This document shows, one piece after another, positions 27,083 to 35,992 of a DNA stretch of 64,000 nt; the first letter of the stretch is position 1, and every line of letters starts with the position of its first letter. The notes below the pieces were generated by a model. It did no database searches, was not told the DNA's origin, and saw only the letters and a list, made by a program, of their open reading frames with translations. The stretch covers positions 245 to 64,244 of the forward strand of contig USDX01000009.1 of the NCBI GenBank assembly GCA_900553605.1, written 5' to 3'. The position numbers and the translations under genes were made by a program. Origin of the DNA: an uncultured Eggerthella sp. (GTDB lineage Bacteria; Actinomycetota; Coriobacteriia; Coriobacteriales; Eggerthellaceae).

Positions 27083-28429
27083 ATGAATCCTGCAGTGATC
27101 ATACCTACCTTCCACACCGCGCCTACAAAGCGCGGCGCTTCAAAGCCTTCCAACCTGTACGACCATCCTACGCCCCTGAACGAACAGGGCACGTTGGGCA
27201 GGTGCTTGAACTCGTTGCAACAAGTGCGCGGTTTGGGCCAGGTAATTATTTTGGTTGCCGCCGAGGGTGGCGTGGAAGACGAAGCCGCCAAGAAGGTTCA
27301 AAACATTGCCAACCAGTTCCCCCAAATGCACACGTTGGTAATTGGGCGCGCTGAAGCTGAGATTGTTCAGCAACGTTTGGACCAGCTGGGCTTCGGTGGT
27401 CAGCAAGAGGCTATTGGCCTTACGGGCTATTCCGCCATTCGCAACCTCGGTTTGGTTGTTGCCCAGGTGTTGGGATTCGATTCGGTGGTGTTCATCGACG
27501 ACGATGAAACTATCGAAGACGAGGCATTTCTGGAAAAGGCCATGTACGGCCTGGGCAAGCTCACCAAGAAGGGCATTCCCATCCTTGCTAAATCGGGCTT
27601 CTACTTCAACGATGAAGGCACTTACTACTCGAAGAGCCAGAACCGTTGGTACAACCATTTTTGGCAGCAGGGTCGCGCGTTCAATAATTGGATCAGCAAG
27701 GCCATGTCCGGCCCGCGCCTTTCTCGCTCCAACCATGTATGCGGTGGCTGCTTGGCGCTGCATCGCGAAACGTATCGCCGTTTGAGCTTTGACCCGTGGA
27801 TTCTTCGCGGCGAAGACTTGGACTATTTGCTCAACCTGCGTATGTACGGTTCCGACATCTGGTTCGACAATCAGTGGTCACTGACGCACCGTCCTCCGCG
27901 CGACAGGCACGAAGGCCATCGTTTCTATCGTGACATATTCCGCTGGGTGTACGAGTACTACAAAATTGAGTTCAGCCGCGCGCAGATCGACCTTCTGCAG
28001 ATCAAGCCCTCTTCGCTTATGCCGTATCCTGGTCCGTTTTTGGAGCCGGGCATCACCAAGCGCATCAAGCGTACGGCGTTCCTGCGTTCATTGGCTCGCC
28101 CCGACAAGAAGCGCTATCGCGAAGGCGCCAAGGCTGCTGCTGGCGAGGCAACCGAATATGCTCAGGAACACTGCATGAAGTACTTCGAGTTCCAGTACAC
28201 CTGGGGCGATATCATGGCGCGCATGGAAAGCGATGGCGGTTTGCGCCAAGCACTGGTGCAGGCGGCCATTGCCCGCCAGTCGGGCGGGGAAGTGGTGGTT
28301 GAAGCCGCTGCTCCGGCGGGCGCATCGGCAGATGGTGCGGGCAGCGCTTCCGACTTGCTGGAACCTGCTGTCGCCAACCTTGATCCGGGCATGACTGCCG
28401 AGATCAGGCTTAACATCAACGAAGAATAG
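27083..28429 (+). CDS. GT-A fold (family 2-like) glycosyltransferase
   Basis: VIIPTF start, YSAIRNLG, FIDDD and RGEDLDY motifs. Confidence 0.8.
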   Translation: MNPAVIIPTFHTAPTKRGASKPSNLYDHPTPLNEQGTLGRCLNSLQQVRGLGQVIILVAAEGGVEDEAAKKVQNIANQFPQMHTLVIGRAEAEIVQQRLDQLGFGGQQEAIGLTGYSAIRNLGLVVAQVLGFDSVVFIDDDETIEDEAFLEKAMYGLGKLTKKGIPILAKSGFYFNDEGTYYSKSQNRWYNHFWQQGRAFNNWISKAMSGPRLSRSNHVCGGCLALHRETYRRLSFDPWILRGEDLDYLLNLRMYGSDIWFDNQWSLTHRPPRDRHEGHRFYRDIFRWVYEYYKIEFSRAQIDLLQIKPSSLMPYPGPFLEPGITKRIKRTAFLRSLARPDKKRYREGAKAAAGEATEYAQEHCMKYFEFQYTWGDIMARMESDGGLRQALVQAAIARQSGGEVVVEAAAPAGASADGAGSASDLLEPAVANLDPGMTAEIRLNINEE

Positions 28430-28443
28430 GATTTGCGCACTTC

Positions 28444-29289
28444 ATGGAAACCTTTGTGATTACCGCAGCAGTTGGCGTAGTTGTTGGCATTTTGTCGGGC
28501 TTGCTGGGTATCGGAGGAGGAACCTTGATGGTTCCCCTGTTCCGCTTGGGTTTCGGGCTTTCGGCTCTTGCCTCTACGGCAACTTCGCTGTTCACCATCA
28601 TTCCCACCTCGCTGGTGGGTTTTATCACCCATATCAAGAACAAGACGTGCATTCCCCAGCTGGGCATTGTGTGCGGCTTGGCTGGCGCATGTACCAGCCC
28701 TTTGGGCGTGCACCTGGCAAATATGTCGCCGGCATGGATGGTTATGCTGGCAGCGGCAATTATCATTGGTTTTTCGTCGTTCAAGATGTTTCGCAAGGCT
28801 GCGCGCATGCCAAAGAACCCCGCTTCGGGCAAGGCCATGGGCGTCGATGTGGAAAAAGCGGCCGTTAAGGCCGCGGTCATCGAAGAAGGCTTGGGCGAAG
28901 AAGGGTTCAAGCTTACGCGCAAGAATCTGCCTGTTGCTATCGGCATTGGCCTAACCGCGGGCCTGGCCTCAGGTTACGTGGGTGTTGGCGGTGGCTTCCT
29001 GATGGTGCCCCTGTTTATTTCTGTGCTGGGCGTTATGATGCGCAAGGCATCGGGTACGTCTTTGGTTGCCATCATGATCTTGGCCATTCCCGGCGTTGTC
29101 TATCAGGGCATGCTGGGCAACATCGACTACCTTGCGGGTATAGCCATGGCGGCGGGCAGCATCCCCGGTGCGGTGATTGGTGCAAACCTCATCCGTCGTG
29201 TTCCCGAGCGACAGCTGCGCATTGCTTTTGGTGTATTTTTGCTTATCAGCGCAGTAGTGCTGCTGGGCAACGAGGTAGCTGCACTGTAA
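28444..29289 (+). CDS. TauE/SafE (TSUP) family transporter
   Basis: GLLGIGGG and GYVGVGGG repeats; multiple TMs. Confidence 0.9.
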   Translation: METFVITAAVGVVVGILSGLLGIGGGTLMVPLFRLGFGLSALASTATSLFTIIPTSLVGFITHIKNKTCIPQLGIVCGLAGACTSPLGVHLANMSPAWMVMLAAAIIIGFSSFKMFRKAARMPKNPASGKAMGVDVEKAAVKAAVIEEGLGEEGFKLTRKNLPVAIGIGLTAGLASGYVGVGGGFLMVPLFISVLGVMMRKASGTSLVAIMILAIPGVVYQGMLGNIDYLAGIAMAAGSIPGAVIGANLIRRVPERQLRIAFGVFLLISAVVLLGNEVAAL

Positions 29290-29362
29290 TATGCTATGGT
29301 CACATTACCTGCGACGTGTATGGCGCAGGTGGAAGTAGCTCCCGTTTTTCGGAGGATCGTTT

Positions 29363-30655
29363 ATGGCCTACCCTCGCCACAACGTCACCATTTTTCTTGA
29401 AATTGCTTCGCTGTGCATGGCGCTCATCTGCGGCTGTGTTTTGGGCTGGGCTATGTTCGGCCCCGAAACCAACTATTTGGTGCTCACCATTTCGGGCGCT
29501 TTGTTTACGGCGTTCCTGCTCATTACCATTGCCTTGATCCTCGACCCCGACCGCATCCGTGCAAACCAGTCTATGTCGGTGCTGAACCTGGCAAGCGCAA
29601 CGCTGGAAGCCATGCAGGAAGGCTTCACGTCGGAAGCTGCCCAGAAGGTATGCGAGATACTGCTCCCTTCCACTTCGGCATGCGCTGTTGCCATCACCGA
29701 CCGCGAAGTGGTTTTGGGCTATGCTGGCGCTGGCAGGGAAGAGCTGGGTGAATTGGGCGGGCATATCCGCACGGCTGGCACGAAGCGCACTGTGCAGGAT
29801 GGCAAAACCCGTGTGTTGCGCTCGCAGCTTGAAGTGGGCTTGCCTGTTCCCATGAGTGCCATTCAGGCCGCCATTATCGTTCCCTTGAAGATGGGGTCTT
29901 CCATTCAGGGTACGTTGAAGTTCTACTACCCCAAGCCTTCGCGCATTTCTGAAACGCAGATTTCCGTTGCTGAAGGCTTTGGCCAGCTACTTTCCACGCA
30001 GATTGCCGCTTTGCAGCTTGAAGAGCAGAAGAAACTTGCCACCAGCATGGAGCTCAAGGCGCTGCAGAGCCAGATCAACCCGCACTTCCTGTTCAATATC
30101 ATCAACACCATGGCATCGTTGGTACGCACCGACCCCAACAAGGCTCGCGTCATGTTGCGTGAGTTTGCAGTGTTCTATCGTCAGACGCTCGAAAACAGCT
30201 CGGATCTTATTTCCCTTTCGCGCGAGGTTGAGCAAACGGTGCGCTACCTTTCGCTTGAGCAGGCACGTTTCGGCGAAGATCGCCTGGCGGTGGAAGTTGA
30301 TATCGGCGAAGAGGTGCGCGCTATGCAGGTGCCCGCCTTCATGGTTCAGCCGCTGGTTGAAAATGCTGTAAAGCACGCCATGCCTGCGGAAGGCAAACTC
30401 ACCATTTCCATTTCTGGCACCCTCGATGGCGACGATGTGTACTTGCATGTAAACGACGACGGTATCGGTATGAAGGAAGATGCCTTGAAGAATATCATGG
30501 CGCCGAAATCCGAAACCGGCCTGGGCATTGCCGTAAAGAATATCAACGACCGACTGCGTGGCTACTACGGTGAGAAGGCTTATATGGATATCCAAAGTGA
30601 GCTGGGCAAGGGAACTTCTGTTACCCTGTTCCTTCCCGATTGCGCGAATCTGTAG
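29363..30655 (+). CDS. LytS/YehU-family sensor histidine kinase
   Basis: ALQSQINPHFLFN, QPLVENAVKH, DDGIG; GAF-like region; two N-terminal TMs. Confidence 0.92.
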   Translation: MAYPRHNVTIFLEIASLCMALICGCVLGWAMFGPETNYLVLTISGALFTAFLLITIALILDPDRIRANQSMSVLNLASATLEAMQEGFTSEAAQKVCEILLPSTSACAVAITDREVVLGYAGAGREELGELGGHIRTAGTKRTVQDGKTRVLRSQLEVGLPVPMSAIQAAIIVPLKMGSSIQGTLKFYYPKPSRISETQISVAEGFGQLLSTQIAALQLEEQKKLATSMELKALQSQINPHFLFNIINTMASLVRTDPNKARVMLREFAVFYRQTLENSSDLISLSREVEQTVRYLSLEQARFGEDRLAVEVDIGEEVRAMQVPAFMVQPLVENAVKHAMPAEGKLTISISGTLDGDDVYLHVNDDGIGMKEDALKNIMAPKSETGLGIAVKNINDRLRGYYGEKAYMDIQSELGKGTSVTLFLPDCANL

Positions 30656-30753
30656 AAGCGTTGCCTGACAAGAGCTTTGCAGATAGGTCGGCGCATATTC
30701 GGTAAGTGGTCTATAATAGGAATGATAAATTCACGAAACACGAGGAGGTTGCG

Positions 30754-31467
30754 TTGCTGAAGGCAATTATCGTTGATGACGAAGCGCCAGCGCGTTCCGA
30801 GTTGCGCTTCCTGCTAGGCGAACTCAACCAGACTGAAGTTGTTGCCGAGGCCGCAAGCGTCCGCGAGGCTATCGAAAAGCTCAAGGAATACCCTTGCGAC
30901 GTTATGTTCTTGGATATCAACATGCCCGAGGCTACCGGTATTCAGCTCGCAGAGGCTCTGCAGCATTTGAAGTACCCGCCTGCCGTGGTATTCGTTACTG
31001 CTTATAGCGAATTTGCCCTGGATGCGTTCAAGGTCAATGCCATCGATTACCTGGTTAAGCCTGTTGAAACCGAGCGTCTTTCCCATGCTCTTGCCCGTGT
31101 GCGCGAACATGTGCTGCTTCATGCAAAGGCCCAGAAGGCTGAGCGCATTCCCGTTGAAAAGGGTGGCAAGAAGATCCTCATCAACATCGATGACATTCGC
31201 TATGTTATGGCGCGCGACGATTATGCGTACCTGCAAACTGGCGTTGACCGTTTCTTCTCTACCGTAAGCTTGGCTCAGCTGGAAAAAACGCTCGATGGTC
31301 ACGGTTTCTTCCGCGTCCATCGCGGCTACTTGGTTAACCTTGCGCTGGTCAAGGAAGTTGAGCCCCAGTCGGGCGGCACCTTGCTTCTTACGCTCGACGG
31401 CGTAGACGAGAAGATTCCTGTTTCCCGTCGTCGCGTATCTTCCCTCAAGAAGGCGCTTGGTCTGTAA
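30754..31467 (+). CDS. LytTR family response regulator
   Basis: IVDDE, FLDINMP, FFRVHRGYLVN and IPVSRR; TTG start after GAGGAGG. Confidence 0.93.
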   Translation: MLKAIIVDDEAPARSELRFLLGELNQTEVVAEAASVREAIEKLKEYPCDVMFLDINMPEATGIQLAEALQHLKYPPAVVFVTAYSEFALDAFKVNAIDYLVKPVETERLSHALARVREHVLLHAKAQKAERIPVEKGGKKILINIDDIRYVMARDDYAYLQTGVDRFFSTVSLAQLEKTLDGHGFFRVHRGYLVNLALVKEVEPQSGGTLLLTLDGVDEKIPVSRRRVSSLKKALGL

Positions 31468-31966
31468 TCGCTCTTTGCGTTTGGCTGAAGGGTGCGTTGT
31501 TGCAGTACGGCTTTGCGTGCTCCCGTGCGCGGTATCATATGCTTCAACTAATTGGTTGGGTCGGCATCAAGCCGGCCCTTCTTTTGTTTTATCGGCCTTC
31601 ACCAATGTTGGCCGATTCCTATTTCTTCGGTTTCCGCCGAGCGCGGAGATGGGCGCCCTCTCGTGGAAACGCCAGTGCCGTGGCCGGTATGGCCAGCTCC
31701 CATGTCGGGTTGCCCTCGACCTCGCGAAACGCCTTAACGGGCGCGGGCTTGACGGGCTGCTGTGCGGGGCGGCCCCTCGCGGAAACGCCAGGCCGCCGCC
31801 GACAACGGAATAAGCCCGGTTGGTACGGGCAGTACCTTCGCGGAAACGCCCCTTCGGCGGCGCGAAGTGAGTAATGCCCGCTTTGCCGTTTTACTCATGG
31901 GTTCGTGAATGGTAATGTGCAGTCTTGCCTCTGAATGCAGACCATTTTGAAAGAAGATAATTCGTC

Positions 31967-32665
31967 ATGTCCGAAACCTTTATTTCCCTGAATCCCAAGC
32001 GCGATGTGGCGCTGTTCGATTTGGACGGCACGGTGCTCGACACCTATGCTCCCATTTTGGAAAGCATGCGCTACGCAACCAAGACGGTGTTTGGGGAAGC
32101 CCTGCCCGACAGCAAGCTTGTTTCCATGGTTGGACAGCCCCTGGTAACTCAGATGCAAGCGTTTGCCGCCGAACAGGGTTGTGGCCCTGAGGTCGCCGAC
32201 GAACTGACACGCGTCTATCGCGAATACAATGAGCGAGACTTGGACGAAAAATCTTTCCCGTTCCCGGGCATACCCGAGGCGATTGCCTCTTTGAAGAATG
32301 CGGGCTTCACGGTTGGTGTGGTTACATCGAAGCGCGCTGTCTTGGCCACGAAGAGCCTGAAGGCTCACGGGCTGTTCGATGCGTTTGCCTGCGTGAATGG
32401 CGCCGAAGACAGCACTGCCCACAAGCCCGACCCCGATCCGTTGCTGACAGCAGCAAAGAAACTTGGCGTTTCGCCTGATAGATGCGTATATGTGGGCGAC
32501 AGTCCCTACGACTTACAGGCTGCTCATGCCGCAAATATGCCAAGTGTGGGAGTTACCTGGGGCAAGTTCTTCGGGCGCGACATATTGCTCGAGCAAATGC
32601 CCAGCGTGCTTATTGCGAGTCCCGAAGAGCTGGTCGGCGCGGTCGAGTTCGCCGCAATCCATTAA
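31967..32665 (+). CDS. HAD family hydrolase (PpaX/Gph-like)
   Basis: FDLDGT, VVTSK, HKPDPDP and VGDSPYD motifs. Confidence 0.9.
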   Translation: MSETFISLNPKRDVALFDLDGTVLDTYAPILESMRYATKTVFGEALPDSKLVSMVGQPLVTQMQAFAAEQGCGPEVADELTRVYREYNERDLDEKSFPFPGIPEAIASLKNAGFTVGVVTSKRAVLATKSLKAHGLFDAFACVNGAEDSTAHKPDPDPLLTAAKKLGVSPDRCVYVGDSPYDLQAAHAANMPSVGVTWGKFFGRDILLEQMPSVLIASPEELVGAVEFAAIH

Positions 32666-32870
32666 AGATCTGGTTGGCGTGGTTGGGCTTGCTGTGACCC
32701 ATTAATAGGTTGGTCGGTGTGGCTGAGCCTGCTGTAGCCCATCAACAGGTTGGTCGGCACTGTTGAGCCTGCTGCAGCCCATCAATTGGTTGGTCGGTGC
32801 GGTCGAGTTCGCCGTATTTTATTAACGGGCCAGTCGCGCGCGGTCGAATTCGCCACAATCCATTAAAGTG
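32631..32870. repeat. Six degenerate 40-bp tandem copies of the HAD gene 3' end
   Basis: Units start at 32631, 32671, 32711, 32751, 32791 and 32831. Confidence 0.85.
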
Positions 32871-32900
32871 AAAGCCGGGAGAGCTGTCTCTCCCGGCTTT
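32871..32900. terminator. Intrinsic terminator
   Basis: AAAGCCGGGAGA-GCTGTC-TCTCCCGGCTTT followed by a T-rich tract. Confidence 0.85.
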
Positions 32901-33288
32901 TGTTGTATTGTGGCGCTAAGTCCGCATGCAGCACCGCCATTCGTTCGCACCGATCTTGATCAGCGCGAGGCTAGCTAAGGCTGAGCGCAAGGGGGGCTAT
33001 GTTCGCGGGAGACTTCCGTCTTTCGTGTAGTGCTGGGGTGGAATGGAAGCTTGCGACGCCTGTCTTTCTGCGCAGGTGGCGAATTGGCCTTCGGGCTCCA
33101 GGCGGGGCTTGCCCTCCAAGCCGAAGTGCGCCTTCGTGCCCCATGTTGCATCGAACCGCACGCAGGGGCTCGCCCATACCAGGGACGCGTGCACGGAGCG
33201 CACATTGGGTCGCACGCAGGGAAACTAGGGGCGTCTGCCCCGAGCAGATGATCAGGTGGTGCTTTGACCACGTGGAAAGGGGATTGCT

Positions 33289-33681
33289 ATGGCATTTTGT
33301 ACAGATACGGTTTGCGCGGGCGAAGGGGTGTTCGCCCTCGAAGCCGTGGTTACGGTAACCCCGCGCGGCATCGTGGTGTATGCTTGCACGCCTGCTTTCG
33401 CCCACGTGGGCGCTACGGCTCAGGCTATTCCGCGCCCAGAGCCAGGGCGCACGGCAACGGTTAGCTTGCTTGCCGTTCCCTGCCATAGGGACGAAATTCC
33501 CGCCCATGATATCGCCGCCGCTTTGGCAACGGAGTTCGCCATGCCCTGCTCCGCCAGCACGGGCTATCACGTGGAAAATGCCTCTCCTGCCGATTTGCAG
33601 AAGATGCTCGAAGTGAACCAGCAGCTCATCGAAGTGCTGAAGGAGCGCGTTGCAGCAATGCTTGCCAGCTTGAGCGAATAG
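33289..33681 (+). CDS. LpdD-like (prenylated-flavin chaperone/PAC4-like) protein
   Basis: HVGATA, PCHRD and GYHV His motifs; 130 aa; GAAAGGGG RBS. Confidence 0.65.
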   Translation: MAFCTDTVCAGEGVFALEAVVTVTPRGIVVYACTPAFAHVGATAQAIPRPEPGRTATVSLLAVPCHRDEIPAHDIAAALATEFAMPCSASTGYHVENASPADLQKMLEVNQQLIEVLKERVAAMLASLSE

Positions 33682-33968
33682 CTGCCGCCCACGCCGATGC
33701 ATCGCGTCAACCGATGCACGCTTGCCGGCACCGCCTGGGCCCGACCCGCGCTTACCTCGATCCGGCTCACTATCGCCCGCTCCCAGGGCGCCCACCATGC
33801 CGCGCCGCCGCCCGCCCCACTAGGCCTACGATTCCGCGCGCTCCTCGGCCTCGGATTCGTCCCACCGCCCGAGCCCCGGCCCTGCGCCCACTGCGCCTCC
33901 ATCGCCTACGCGCTGCTCCCGGCTGCCCGCGTTCCCCTCTCGCGTTGCGGCGGCCCCGGGGCCCTGGC

Positions 33969-34208
33969 TGGCAAGAATCGCACCGTATGCATCCCTTTTT
34001 CGCCGAATGCGCGAAAAAGGCCCCCTTCCTGGCAACATCCGCCCGAAATGCATGCTTTTCGAGATCAAGATGGCAACATCCTCGCCCTATGCATCCATTT
34101 CCGGGCGCAATCGGGCGATTCAGGATACATGGCGCGCGAATCTTGCCTCCAAGGGCCCTTTTTCGCGTCGAGGAACCCGAAATCACGCATGGCGCGAAGA
34201 TGTTGCCA
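33969..34208. repeat. Second array of the 26-bp unit: 3 reverse, then 2 forward
   Basis: Reverse units start at 33969, 34030 and 34071; forward units at 34123 and 34183. Confidence 0.85.
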
Positions 34209-34617
34209 GCGCCGCGCGGCCTTTCCGCGGCAGCGGCATGCGGCTCGGCCGAACGGGCTTTGCGCCCTGCGGCAGCGGCCTGCGACACGCGGCATGGCCG
34301 AACGGGCTTTGCGCCCTGCGGCGCGGGCCTGGCCTGCTTGCCGCATGCGCCCCCTGCCATCTCGCCCGCGTTCATCGCCGCCGTCTTACACGTGCCGCGC
34401 TTCGCCGTTCGAGACCCGCCACGCGGTCCCCGTACCGACGCATCTCGCTACCTGCGCGCCGCACCCATCCCGCCAGCCGCGCGGACCCACCGCGTCCAGG
34501 AAACAAGCGGAACAACACAAACAACTCAATGCGGGCATAAAAATAGGATCCCCAAATGGGGACCCTATTGAAGAGCTCTTTGGTTTTGCTCAGCGTCTGC
34601 CCGACGCCCTGCAGCCC

Positions 34618-35829
34618 TTACACCAAGCGAACGAACTTGCGCTTTCCTACCTGGATCACAGCACCCGACAGGGCTTCGGGAGCTACGTTGTAGGCCTTAG
34701 CCGCAACAGCTTCACCGTTGATCTTCACGCCGCCCTGGTCGATCATGCGACGAGCATCGCCCGTCGACTTGGTAAGACCCGAATCGGCAATGAGCTTAGC
34801 CAGATACACCATGCCCTCTTCATTGGGGGTAAGGTCGGCAGCAAACTCGGGAATGTCTTCCGGAACCTCATGCTGCTTGAACTGGCGATCGAATGCCGCT
34901 TCTGCTCCCTTTGCTGCTTCCTCGTCGTAGTACGCCGCAACAATGTTCTGGGCCAAGTCGCGCTTGCAGCGGTTCGGATGAATCTCGTCGGCAGCCAAGC
35001 CCTTTTCGATAGCATCGATCTGATCGACCGGCACGGTAGAAGCCAGACGGTAGTACTTCACCATCAGTTCGTCAGGGATAGACATTACCTTGCCAAACAT
35101 ATCGTTGGGGGCATCGGTCAAACCGATGTAGTTGCCGTAGCTCTTGGACATTTTCTTAACGCCGTCGGTGCCCTCCAGCAAAGGAAGCGTCAGGCACACC
35201 TGAGGCTCCATGCCCATCTTTTCCATGAGCTCACGGCCAGCGAGCAGATTGAACAACTGGTCGGTGCCGCCCAGTTCAACGTCTGCCTTGATAACAACAG
35301 AATCGTATGCCTGCATGATGGGATACAGGAACTCGTGCAAGCTGATGGGCAGCTCGGACGTGTAACGGTTATGGAAGTCGTCGCGCTCAAGGATGCGTGC
35401 AACGGTAAAGTTGGAAGCGATCTTCAGAAGTTCTTCCATACCCAAGGAAAGAATCCATTCGGAGTTGTAACGAAGCGTGGTCTTCTCAGGATCAAGAACC
35501 TTAAAGGCCTGGTCAACGTAAGTCTGGGCGTTTTCCTTGATCTGTTCGCGCGTAAGCTGAGGGCGCGTAGAGTTGCGGCCGGAAGGGTCACCGATAAGGG
35601 CGGTTCCGTCGCCGATGATAAGGGTAACCTGATGGCCCAGATCCTGGAACTGGCGCAGCTTACGCAGCGGAACAGCATGACCAAGATGGATATCGGGAGC
35701 CGTAGGGTCTACACCCAACTTGATGTTCAACGGCTTACCGCGCTTAAGCTTGTCCATAAGGGCCTTCTCAGGCACGATCTGAGCGGCGCCGGACTGAATA
35801 ATATGAAACTGCTCTTCAGGTGAAATCAT
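34618..35829 (-). CDS. tyrS: Tyrosine--tRNA ligase
   Basis: GVDPTAPDIHLGH, GGTDQ, KMSKS and C-terminal S4 domain. Confidence 0.97.
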   Translation of the reverse strand: MISPEEQFHIIQSGAAQIVPEKALMDKLKRGKPLNIKLGVDPTAPDIHLGHAVPLRKLRQFQDLGHQVTLIIGDGTALIGDPSGRNSTRPQLTREQIKENAQTYVDQAFKVLDPEKTTLRYNSEWILSLGMEELLKIASNFTVARILERDDFHNRYTSELPISLHEFLYPIMQAYDSVVIKADVELGGTDQLFNLLAGRELMEKMGMEPQVCLTLPLLEGTDGVKKMSKSYGNYIGLTDAPNDMFGKVMSIPDELMVKYYRLASTVPVDQIDAIEKGLAADEIHPNRCKRDLAQNIVAAYYDEEAAKGAEAAFDRQFKQHEVPEDIPEFAADLTPNEEGMVYLAKLIADSGLTKSTGDARRMIDQGGVKINGEAVAAKAYNVAPEALSGAVIQVGKRKFVRLV

Positions 35830-35992
35830 GATTCCTCTTTCTAGCGTATGGCGAAGATTCTAGCACAGGGAAGACGGCTGCGTTTTCCTGCAGCCGCCCT
35901 TATCACTGCGTAGGAGCAAGGACTGCGCGTATGCTTTCCGCGCGCATTCTGCGCACAAGCGCACCCTTGCGTTTTTCATCTTGCCCAAGCAC

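Noticed and set aside
35830..35990. T-box upstream of tyrS
   Set aside because: No T-box consensus or terminator recognisable in the short leader.
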